Origin: Selaginella moellendorffii
Taxonomy: Eukaryota > Plantae > Lycopodiophyta
Assembly: GCF_000143415.4 (NCBI RefSeq)
Contig: NW_003314267.1
Span: forward strand, 827,394 to 891,393
Direction of reading: 5' to 3'
DNA: 64,000 nt
This document shows, one piece after another, positions 13,822 through 23,410 of this stretch. The position numbers and the translations under genes are program-made. A model generated the notes under the pieces. The model ran no database searches. It saw only the letters and a program-made list of their open reading frames with translations, and had not been told where the DNA came from. Position 1 is the stretch's first letter. Each line of letters opens with the position of its first letter.

Positions 13822-15825
13822 TTAGGGTTGATTGGACGAGCTCGTGAACGTCGGGAAAGGGAAACTCCCGGAGCTAGCGCTCATTGAAACGCTACGATCA
13901 AACTCCAAAACCTCGCGCGATCGCCGCAGCTCCGGCAGCGCCGGCGCATTGCCCTTGAGCGAATTCACCACCTGGCGCATCGTGGGCCGGTTCCTGGGGC
14001 TTGGATCCGAGCACGCCAGCCCGATTGTGAGCACCGATTCCATCTCCCCGCCATCGAAAACCCCTCCCAGCGCTGGATCCGCGGCCTCAACCAGGCTCCT
14101 CTTTCGATACAGCTCCCAGATCCACTCGCCCAAGACGGTGTAATCGTCAAAGAATGGCTTCTTTCCGCTGGCCACCTCGAGCAGCACGATCCCAAAGCTA
14201 TAGACGTCCGAGGCGGTGGTGCACTGCCCGGTTATGTTAAGCTCCGGCGCGAGGTAGCCGAAGGTCCCCGCGATGGCGGTCGTCCTCGCCTCGCGCTTGC
14301 GATCGATGAGCCTGGCGAGGCCGAAATCGCCCAGTCGCGCGTTGAATCCCGCGTCGAGCATCACGTTGCTGGGCTTGACGTCGCGGTGGACGATCCTCTC
14401 CTCGCATTCCTCGTGGAGGTAGAGCAGCGCCGCGGCGAGGCCGCAGATGATCTCGTAGCGCTTGCTCCAGTCGAGGGACGAGTTCGTGGCGATGGCCTTG
14501 TCGAGGCTGCCGTTTGGCATGAACTCGTAGACGAGGAGGAGCTCTCTGGATCGGCAGCACCAGCCGCGGAGGTGGACGAGGTTGCGGTGCGAGAGCTTGG
14601 TGATGATCTCCACCTCGGCCAGGAACTCGCGCTCGCCCTGCCGGGAGTTCTCGCCGATTCTCTTCACTGCCACTGGAGATCCATCGCCGGGGAGGAGCCC
14701 CGCATAGACGTTGCCAAAGCCGCCGCTGCCAAGGAGATTCTTGGGATCGAAGTTGGCGGTGGCGGACTTGAGGTCGCGGTACGAGAGCTCGGATGGCATC
14801 GCGATGTTTTGCTCCAGGTTCCGCCCTCTCAAGCTCACATCGTCCGATGATCCATCACCGCCAGCCGAGAACAAACGCATTCTCTTGCAGATAAGAAAGA
14901 TCCCGCCGAGCACCAGCAGCAGCAAGAGCGAGAAAACCACGCTGACGATCACCACGACCCTTGTTCTGGATCCATTCTTCTCTTGATCATGATCTCCTCC
15001 GCTTTCTCCTCCTCCTCCTCTAGGTGGTGGCGACGATGAGCCACTTAAGCCCGTGAAGTTCTCTCTACTAAAACGTAGATCCGGGGCGGAGAAATTCCAG
15101 GCGTGGACGATGTGCACGTCCCGGCTGAGATCCCCAGTGGCGGCAGAGAAGCCCACGAACACCGCCCCTTCGACCGCCGCCTCCTCGCACAGGTTCACGG
15201 GCTGTGGCGGCACCAGCGGCGCCGCCGGTCGCCGCCGCGAGTTCCTGGCGACGAACACGACCAGCGAGTGTTTGACCGCGTCATACTCTATCCACGCGCT
15301 CACGTTGGCGGACGAATCGTGCAAATCCACCCTGTTCCCAGCGTCCGATTCGAACGTCGGGCTCACCTGGGACCGGATCTGGTTGATATCCACGCCGACG
15401 TGATCGTCATTTATGTCCTGGAGCTCGGGATTATGGACCGAATCGAATTCCACCGCTACCAATTTGTTGCTCCGCTCCCTGTCCATGGCGGGATCGAAGA
15501 GGCCGAGCCAGGAACCCGAGCTGCCGGATGGCGCAGGCAAGAGATTCCCGGAGATGATAAAGGCGAGACCATCGCCGCGAGTGGCGGTGGAGTTTTGAAT
15601 GGAGAAGACGAAGCTTGTCGAGAAGCCGGCGGTGGTGTTGCAGATCTGAATTGCTCGATCATGCATTGCTCGGCCCGTGCTTCTGGGAGATTGGTCCGAG
15701 GTGAGCCAGAGATCCCCGGATTGTGCGATTGTGGCGTCGTTTAGGAGGGCCAGGTGAGGCTGTGCTGAGATGATTGAGCAGTGGAGACTACTTACCAGCC
15801 AGAAGAACGCCACGGCCAGCTCCAT
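13822..15825 (-). CDS. L-type (legume) lectin receptor-like kinase, intronless
   Basis: 667-aa ORF: signal peptide, lectin domain (FSTSFVF, GDGLAF, VAVEFDS, HVGVDIN), TM helix, RD kinase (GSGGFG, VAVK, HRDVKPSN, DFGLA, APE). Confidence 0.96.
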   Translation of the reverse strand: MELAVAFFWLVSSLHCSIISAQPHLALLNDATIAQSGDLWLTSDQSPRSTGRAMHDRAIQICNTTAGFSTSFVFSIQNSTATRGDGLAFIISGNLLPAPSGSSGSWLGLFDPAMDRERSNKLVAVEFDSVHNPELQDINDDHVGVDINQIRSQVSPTFESDAGNRVDLHDSSANVSAWIEYDAVKHSLVVFVARNSRRRPAAPLVPPQPVNLCEEAAVEGAVFVGFSAATGDLSRDVHIVHAWNFSAPDLRFSRENFTGLSGSSSPPPRGGGGESGGDHDQEKNGSRTRVVVIVSVVFSLLLLLVLGGIFLICKRMRLFSAGGDGSSDDVSLRGRNLEQNIAMPSELSYRDLKSATANFDPKNLLGSGGFGNVYAGLLPGDGSPVAVKRIGENSRQGEREFLAEVEIITKLSHRNLVHLRGWCCRSRELLLVYEFMPNGSLDKAIATNSSLDWSKRYEIICGLAAALLYLHEECEERIVHRDVKPSNVMLDAGFNARLGDFGLARLIDRKREARTTAIAGTFGYLAPELNITGQCTTASDVYSFGIVLLEVASGKKPFFDDYTVLGEWIWELYRKRSLVEAADPALGGVFDGGEMESVLTIGLACSDPSPRNRPTMRQVVNSLKGNAPALPELRRSREVLEFDRSVSMSASSGSFPFPTFTSSSNQP

Positions 15826-16059
15826 CTTGATTCATCCTTCACGAAGGAGGACGTCGTCTTTTGTTTTGCTTGGTTGTTTTGCGTTGGCTTGGTAGGAAGT
15901 CTTTGTTGGTGGTAATGTTGCCGTGGGGCCTCGGTTGTAGTTTTCTCTGAGTGTACGCTTGTCACAGGCCCAGGTCCAAAAACACGTCGTTCGCTTTGAG
16001 CGCGGCGTGGATTAAGCCCCAAGGTAAATAAGCTGGAGAAGTTGCTACAAACAATTTTC

Positions 16060-16330
16060 TCTTCTGAGATCTTACTTTTAACTCTTTTCATTACAAGTTC
16101 TTCGCAGCCATCCAGAAAATTTGAAACTTCGACACAGATCGCAATGGACAGAGAGAATCGAAGCGGCTGCTTCTAAGAACAAGGTCTGAAATCTTTCAGA
16201 CTTAGTGGATCCTCTCTAGGTGTATGATCGCTCCGTGACAATTCGTCCGATCTGAAGATAATTGTCCGGACACTTTAAGGTCAAATATACAAAAAGTCAA
16301 GTATTTAAATCAGGGACGAGCTTTTCTTGT
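16060..16330 (+). pseudogene. Deletion-eroded copy of the 17680-18129 gene and its 3' flank
   Basis: Ordered short blocks shared with 17640-18260: atccaga.aattt, cagatcg, gagaatcgaagcggc, aagaaca.g, ggatcctctc, tgatcgctccg, tcgtcc.atctg, aaaagtcaagta, cgagc.tttcttgta. Confidence 0.7.
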
Positions 16331-16449
16331 AGATTTGTCAGTTTGATAAAACTTAGGGCTGAAAGTCAATTAGAATTACTTAAGTTAAAATACTCTTTTT
16401 CCATTGGATAGTGCAAAGTGTGAGTTTTTTTTCTCTCAAACTTGCGACG

Positions 16450-17128
16450 CCCTGGGCTGTGGCGGATTGCTCTGGCGCCTGGAGCAACCTTGTTTCTGGC
16501 CTCGATCTGCCAGACGAAGGAGCACATAGAGGTCAGAATCTCTACCCAGATTGGCAGCAGTCGATGATCCAGCGGCATGAGGTGAGATTGGGAGGTGAAG
16601 GAGGGGCGATGGGAGGAAATTCTTGTGGCGGAGCGGGATGCCCCAGGAGAAGTAAGCTCTTCCAAAGAGGAAGCGTGACGAGCTTTTGAAGACCAAGAGA
16701 GTGGCGTTCGGGGCTCCAGTTCTAAGGATAATTGGAGCACCACAGCCGAAAACGATGGTGGCAGAGATCCTCGCGATGATTTCCTCGAGAGATTGCCATG
16801 AAGAGAATCGCGGCTGAGAACTTGAAGACGCGCGCTGAAGAAACAGAGAACCACATCGAGCAATCAAATCTAAGCCTCCAGAAAAGGTCCCCGGATTAAG
16901 TTGATGCCGAAGTTTAAGTTTAATGAGCCAAAAAGGCCGACAAGGAAGCACTCAAAGGCGTGGAATGCAAGCAGTGCAAAACGTTCTACGACGCACTGGA
17001 ACTCCCAGGCGATGGCAACGGGAATTCGCTCTGTGATCATCACAATCAGGTGTACCGTGTCAAAGGCATCTTCCTCCCTCAATGCCAGAAGGCAATTCTG
17101 GAACATAATTGGCTTCTCAGAGAACTGA
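16450..17128 (+). pseudogene. COM1: COM1/GR1 (SAE2/CtIP homolog) pseudogene with frameshifts and internal deletions
   Basis: PKFKFNEP/KADKEALKGVECKQCKTFYDAL..GNGN.LCDHHNQV/SRHLPPSMPEG/FWNIIGFSEN* across frames matches the plant COM1 C-terminus (LKGIECKQCKKFYDA..CEHH..VSRHR..PPMTPEGFWNIGF). Upstream TLFLASICQTKEHIE/QNLYPDWQ resembles its N-terminus. Confidence 0.85.
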
Positions 17129-17158
17129 GCGCCAAAGTCCAGATTTCGTGGTGCTGGA

Positions 17159-17500
17159 CTAGGAGAATGTAAGCACCGATCCCGTTATCTTGTACCAAGA
17201 CGAGGCTCCCTGGAGCTTGGCGAAGTTGCGAGCTCGAGTTGAGGAGGCACCAATGAAGCTGGAAAAGCTATTTCTTTTGGAGCGCTGGTGCAGGACACTT
17301 GCTGTGAGAACGCTACTTACCAGCCAGAAGAACGCTAGTGCTACTTCCATCTTGATTCATCCTTCTCTTGTCAAGGACGTCGGGAGGACGTCTTCTCTCT
17401 TGCTTTTTTTTTCTTGCTGGGTTGCTTTGTTCGCGTTGGGTTGGCAGCTGGTAGAAAGCCTTTGTTGGTGTGAAGATGGATTGATGTTGCCGTGGGTCCG
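17159..17500 (-). pseudogene. Truncated 5' fragment (promoter plus signal peptide) of a LecRK paralog
   Basis: 17313-17500 matches 15788-15930 (ctacttaccagccagaagaacgc, tccatcttgattcatccttc, ctttgttggtg, atgttgccgtggg); MEVALAFFWLVSS vs MELAVAFFWLVSS; stop after 63 codons. Confidence 0.8.
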
Positions 17501-17679
17501 TGGTGACCCTACGTGCAAGTTGACATAGTTGTACGGGACGTTCCGTTTGATGATGGAGTATCTCTCAGCGTTGCCGCGTGACTGTGGTTTCTGGGTTTTG
17601 AGATCTTGCCATTAAAACTCCAGGTATGGGAGAAATCGAGCTCTCTCTTTCTCATTACGACCTCCTCCTCCTCACAACA

Positions 17680-18129
17680 ATGCGCTGCCTGTTCCTTTGC
17701 AGCTCCTCTAAAGAATTGGCAGATCCAGAGAATTTGGAGCTTCGGTCGCCATCGTCGAGCAAGGCGGGAGTCGGAGGTTTGCTAGGAAAGGTTTGGAGCT
17801 CCTTCGCAGCAGATCGTGGTGGCCAGAGAGGTACGCTCGCAGAGGTCGAGAATCGAAGCGGCAGGACGCTTCTCTTCTTCGAGAAGAACAGGGAGGTCTG
17901 GAAGAGGAACTTGTTTCGGCTGGATCCTCTCCAGACCCTGCGCCTCTCGCCGGAGTGCCTGATCGATGGAGCCGAGACTTACACCCGGGTGGAAGTCTTG
18001 GTGCTGGATGATCGCTCCGGCAAGCCTATGACAACTCGTCCAATCTGGATCGAGCCTTTTGATTTCGTGATGTACAAAAAGATCATCGTCCAGGGCGCTG
18101 GAACAGCGCTGGAGATTCTCAAAGTGTGA
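17680..18129 (+). CDS. Small unknown protein, Cys-rich N-terminus plus ~95-aa beta-rich domain; paralog of 18538-19095
   Basis: Intronless ORF (alternative upstream ATG at 17626). MRCLFLC start; shares VxNxS..EK.REVW.R.LF.(L/I)DP with the neighbouring gene. Confidence 0.7.
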   Translation: MRCLFLCSSSKELADPENLELRSPSSSKAGVGGLLGKVWSSFAADRGGQRGTLAEVENRSGRTLLFFEKNREVWKRNLFRLDPLQTLRLSPECLIDGAETYTRVEVLVLDDRSGKPMTTRPIWIEPFDFVMYKKIIVQGAGTALEILKV

Positions 18130-18537
18130 GATGAAGAGCAAGAAAAGTCAAGTACATCCGGAAGGAGCGAAGAACATCCGGGAGGGTTTCGTGTTGACTT
18201 GAAAGTCAAGTCTTTCGTAATGTCATAAGGAAACACAGAGAAAAACGCGAGCCTTTCTTGTAAGTTGTGAAGATTTCAGTGCTCATCATCCATTTAAAAG
18301 TTCTATGGTTGAATTTACGCTTGAATGGAGGTTCAGTCAAGGAGTTCTAGAACCTGGAAGGTTTTAAAAAATTATTCACAAACTTACAAGGATCCAAAAG
18401 AATCCATCATGGAGTTTCGCAAACTCCACTGTGTTTTTTTTTAATCTAAAAAACCATGCAAGCAACCAAAGGAAAATACATTGAAATTTTCTTTAGTGCG
18501 TAAAAGGTAAAACCATAGAAGTTTTACTCGGTCAAGG

Positions 18538-19095
18538 TCATCTGGGCGCTGGAAATTTCTGCAAGAAGAGCCTGCCTCCACACCCGCTAATCACAAACTC
18601 TCGATGCATGGGGAGCTCGTCCGAATCGATGCGCAGCGGCGGGATCACGGGCAATCCCTGGTCTCCCCACACCACCTCCATCCACACAAACGTCCCGGCC
18701 ATGATATTCGGCTGGACGACCACGCTGCTCTCCGGATCGATCGAGAAGAGCAGCCGGCCCCACACCTCGCGGTGCTTCTCGTGGATTTTGATCTGCGCAT
18801 CGCTGTTATTCACGATCCGCGTGATGCTCGATGCATTGGCCTTCTTCCTCCGCGAGATTATCGCCCAGTTGAGGCTGGCCAGATTGTCGCTGCGAAAGGG
18901 GGAGTGGAGAGGGGATTCGGGGGCGCCACTGCCGGGGCTGCTGGATTTGGAGTGGGAATTGGGGAGAGGGTCTTCCGGGATGGCGATTGAGAGCCCACCT
19001 GAAGAGGAATTGGGCGCGAGTGGCTGTCGATTCACCTCGTGAGAGCTTCCAACCCTACAGCTAGTTTGCTTGGCGCACGACCAGAGGCAGCCCAT
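18538..19095 (-). CDS. Small unknown protein with probable N-myristoylation/S-acylation signal
   Basis: 185-aa ORF starting MGCLWSC, Ser/Pro-rich linker, C-terminal domain homologous to 17680-18129. Confidence 0.75.
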   Translation of the reverse strand: MGCLWSCAKQTSCRVGSSHEVNRQPLAPNSSSGGLSIAIPEDPLPNSHSKSSSPGSGAPESPLHSPFRSDNLASLNWAIISRRKKANASSITRIVNNSDAQIKIHEKHREVWGRLLFSIDPESSVVVQPNIMAGTFVWMEVVWGDQGLPVIPPLRIDSDELPMHREFVISGCGGRLFLQKFPAPR

Positions 19096-19614
19096 AACGG
19101 CGATTCCAGGGGATTGGCGCTGCTCGTCCCAGTGGCGCTCTATAGCCTAGGTAAGCTTCCATCTCTCGCGGAGGATTTTGGATGGACTTGGCGAGACCTC
19201 TTCCGCCGTTGGATTGGGTCAAGTCCATGGTCAAACGCGCGTCTGTCAACAGTTGATCGCTCCCTCGGACAACGTTTGAAAGAAAATGAAAATACTGTTT
19301 ATTGATAATTATGTTGTTAATCGTGTTTAGCTGAGACGGTTGAAATTCCGCCACATGGAGAGAACGTGGCGGGAATCGACGGCCGGGACATATTCTCTCC
19401 TCCCTTGTTGTGGACGAGGGCTTTTATTACTCCTTGCAAGATTTGTGCTAGAGCCTTCCCAGGAGCTTGGATTTCCCCGAGCGATGCAAGCGCCTAGGGC
19501 ATCGCCGATCCGTCCATCCAAATGCGGCGGACTGGCAGCGCGCCACGCCGGTACGTGTTGATGCTGTAGCGCTGCGAGCGAGCAAGAAGGGTTTTCGCGG
19601 ATCGATCGATTGAG

Positions 19615-21834
19615 ATGACGAGGCTGATGAGGATTCTTTCCGTGATGGTTTTGGCTACATCGACGAGATTACGTGCCGAGGATGTGCCCTTTGGGACGGG
19701 ATTGTGGTATATCTATGCCGGGATCTCGACCTTCCTGGTTGTGTTTGCTGGGCTCATGTCTGGTCTCACGCTGGGACTCATGAGCTTAGGCGTGGTGGAC
19801 CTGGAAGTTCTACAAAGAAGTGGTACTCCCAAGGAGAAGCGTCAAGCGGGTGAGTTTCCTACTTCCACTTTACTTCCACTTTTGCTTCGTATAACATCTC
19901 TTTTTCCAGCGGCAATCTTTCCAGTGGTTCAAAAGCAGCACCAGCTCCTGGTGACTTTACTTCTCTGCAATTCAGCTGCCATGGAGGTGAGTGAGAAAAA
20001 ATGGTTTTTTTCTTTGATGGTGAATGATTTTGATGCCAATTTCTTGCAGGCTCTGCCGATTTTCCTGGACAAGATGTTCGATCCTGTCACAGCAGTCATA
20101 TTGTCCGTTACATTTGTGCTTGCGTTTGGAGAGGTTTGTGTTTCACCGTATTCTTTGGTTGCGATTCCCAACGTGTGAACTCCAGGTTCTTCCTCAAGCC
20201 ATTTGTGCTCGATATGGGCTCGCTATCGGTGCGAATCTCGTCTGGCTTGTCAAAGTATTGATGGTGGTCTGTTATCCAATTTCTTATCCCGTTGGGAAGG
20301 TATGCACGACGAGGCTCTTTTTCTTATCCGTTAACATTGATCATGCAGTTGCTGGATGCTGTACTCGGACCTCACGACTCCTTGTTTCGTCGCCCACAAT
20401 TGAAGGCCCTTGTCTCCATTCATGCGATGGATGTAAGGCATTTCACGCGATTTTGTTGCCTTGGCTTAGCAACTGATGTCAGGATGTTAACATTTCTATG
20501 CAAAAGCTAGGCAGGCAGAGGCGGTGAGCTCACTCACGATGAAGCGACTATAATCAGCGGAGCTTTGGACTTAACTGAAAAGGTTTGAGCTTTTCTCGAT
20601 GTTAACACTTGCTAATATGCCGATCGGCTTCGTCTAGACTGCAGAAGAAGCGATGACACCTGTTGAGTCTACATTCTCTCTTGAAGTTAACTCCAAACTT
20701 GATTGGTATTTTATTGCAATTGTCTTGTCATGAAGCTGATAATATATCTGTCCTCTCCAGGGAAGCAATGGGACGGATACTTGCTCGGGGTCATAGTCGT
20801 GTGCCAGTTTTTGCTGGAAGCCCTCGTAACATCATCGGACTGTTGCTGGTAATCGACTTGATATATTTTTGTTCATATCACATCGATGTTTTTCCGCTTT
20901 CGTTTAGGTGAAAAGCCTATTGACAGTTCGGCCTGAAGCCGAAACGCCTGTCAGTGCTGTGTCCATACGAAAGATACCAAGGTACTTAGTTTTACTTTTG
21001 TATAAGGTACAATTGGGGGTTTCTGCTCAGAGTACCTGCGGACATGCCTTTGTACGATATCCTGAACGAGTTCCAGAAGGGAAACAGCCACATGGCAGCT
21101 GTGGTGAAAGCGAAGATGAAAAGGAAGCCAAGGCACACTGCACATCACACACATAATGTGAACCACGAGGAACGCTGGTCGGACGGTCCCAAGCAGCATG
21201 ACGATGAAAATGGAAAGGCAGCCTTGGAGAAGAATGAAACGACGATTGATGTAGATGCAACTCAACCAAAGCCTCCAGATTCACGTGATGAAGATGATCC
21301 CGGAGATGATTTAGAAGACGGAGAAGTTATAGGTATTATCACTTTGGAAGACGTGATTGAAGAGCTGCTCCAGGTAAGAAGCCTAGCTGTGAATACCTTC
21401 GCCTTAACAGATTTCTTGTATCTGGTTTCCAGGAGGAGATAGTCGATGAAACTGACGAATACGTAGATGTTCACAGGAGGTAAGCATCTTCTTGCGGCCT
21501 CATGTCTTAAATCTCGTTTTTCGTGCCAGAATTCGTGTTGCTGCTGGATCCGTCTCGAAAGTCGCCACTAGTGTCCGTCGAGTGGGGTCGTCGTATCGTG
21601 TTTTGGTAAGCTTCTTCTGCTGTTTCTTGTGGCTGGTTTTACTTTGTTTGCATTCGCTTGCAGGGGCCTACTGGTGCGAAGTCCAACATAAACAGCCAAG
21701 TGTCCGGGGGTAGCCCGAATCGTTTTGTCCTAGAGGCAGATTGCAAGCAAAACGCTGAGAAGGCGACGCATAAGCCCACGTCGGAAGGCTTGACAGAGCC
21801 TCTTCTTGGAAATGGTGGCGTCGTGGTGGCATAA
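19615..21834 (+). CDS. CNNM/DUF21-CBS domain membrane protein (putative Mg/metal transporter), multi-exon
   Basis: FAGLMSGLTLGLMSL, HQLLVTLLLCN, GHSRVPV, MPLYDILNEFQKGNSHMAAV, GIITLEDVIEELLQ|EEIVDETD. Confidence 0.95.
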
Positions 21835-21897
21835 AAAGTCGGCTTTTTTTTTGTCGCCCAGAGTTTTATTCTCATACAATCTGGACTTTTTTGCAGC

Positions 21898-23059
21898 TTA
21901 GGAAGTCTTGAGCATGGATACAAGCAGTCGACGAGGAGGCTTGGATGGATGCCTCGAATGGAGCACGGCGTGATTGTTCACAACCATGACATCTCCTGGC
22001 TTCCACTTGTGAGGTACTTGGTGGTCGTTCATAAATGCAAGCGAGGCTTTAAGAGCGTCTGGTGGAAGCGGTGTTCCATCGCCATATTCCAAATGCCGGA
22101 GGTTTGGAATGGTGGGATCGGAAGAGCCAATGTTGTTGAACCACGTCTTTGAGTTTTCCTTGAGCTGCTTGATCGCCGGGCGGGGTCCGTGGTAGACTTT
22201 CACTCGTCCGTCGTCTAACCATTGTAGTTTCTTTGACAACTTTGAAGCTCTGCAGGGAAGTCCCGGATAAGAAACTTTGGTGCTCGAAGATCGAGAGCAA
22301 GAGAAGCAAAAAAAGAGATCGCTACTTACTTGAGCTCCGCCTGGGATCGATCATCCGTGCCAAACTTCTCCTTCCACTCGTCCTCGGCGAGAAAGTTGTA
22401 GTAGACGAGGCCTTTCTCCTCGAGGTTCCGTACGAACTCGGGGTACTCGCGGGCCATGCCGTCGTACACGGTACGGCCTTGTACGATCCCCGTCTCGCCT
22501 CCCTCCGGTGGAGCGATCTCGCAGAAGAACATCACCACGTCGGGATAATCCGGCAGCTGTGGAGAGAAACAACACAAAGATCGTGAGTTGCCTGGGCGAT
22601 TCATGAAGAGAAGCGGGAAATCTTCGCGATCGGGAGGAAATCGTGAAGAAAATGCGAAGAAATCGCGAAGATCCGTGAGGAGGGAGGGATACAACTCACA
22701 TAGGCCATCTCGTTGTGGAATCCAATGCGAATTTCCAGCGGCAGCTCGTTGGCAGTGAAGACAGGGCCGACGATATACGTCCTAGCCGCCGCGCCCGCCT
22801 CGTATCCCATGCTCTTGTATCCAAACGCCTCCACCACCGTCGCGAAATCCTCGGCATTCTTCACTGGGAAGCCCCGGAAGAGGATCGCGCCGCTGCTGTC
22901 GAGAAGGGATTCCAGACCGGGCTTGTTCTTCCGGATCGCCGCTGCCAGGGCTTCCAGCGAGGGATGATCGCTGCCGGGAACTAAAACCTGTGGAAATGGA
23001 GGATTGGAGTGAGGTGGATCAGTCACGAACTCCGCCACGGCCGCCAATAGATCCGCCAT
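21898..23059 (-). CDS. TauD/TfdA-family 2OG-Fe(II) dioxygenase (clavaminate synthase-like, At3g21360-like), 3 exons
   Basis: GAILFRGF, VFTANE, FHNEMAY (HxE), FFCEIAPPEGGET, WFNN, YGDGTPLP, WKPGDV..NNHAVLHSR..PPRRLLVS. Confidence 0.92.
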
Positions 23060-23410
23060 AGCTAAGCTCTAAGTCCTACTATCTTAGTCAATAATGTGTG
23101 ATTATAATACTGACACGTCAGCCACAAGCAAATAGTCACAGGTGGCTTTCCACGTCAGCTAGCTATTGGTCTGGTTTGAACCGCCGACCTGTGGGGTTTA
23201 TTGCGCTTATTCGCGGGAACATCACATTTCCTCGCGAGGCGCATCGATCGATCGGGGCGCGATGGCGAGGGCGCGATGATCCTTTGGCGCCAAGACGGGG
23301 AAATCTCGCACGCGCGGCGCCGGAGCTCTGAAGCTGGGGCGTTCTTGCTGCCTGATCGGATTCTTGCTTTTAGGGAATGCTGGGCTCGTCGGGCGGGCAC
23401 TGGCCTGGGA
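23060..23410. promoter_or_regulatory. Putative bidirectional promoter between the TauD-like and HESO1-like genes
   Basis: About 350 bp between divergent ATGs; ACGT-core elements (tgacacgtca ~23111, ccacgtca ~23150) and several CGCG boxes. Confidence 0.5.

Noticed and set aside
13832-15744. Many overlapping antisense and alternative-frame ORFs (also over GT92, PP2-A10-like and PHOT exon 1)
   Set aside because: Expected shadow ORFs of GC-rich coding sequence; no family motifs.
15760-15795. Possible 36-nt intron (gtaagt..cag) in the LecRK signal peptide
   Set aside because: In frame and shorter than other introns here; the unspliced reading gives a plausible signal peptide.
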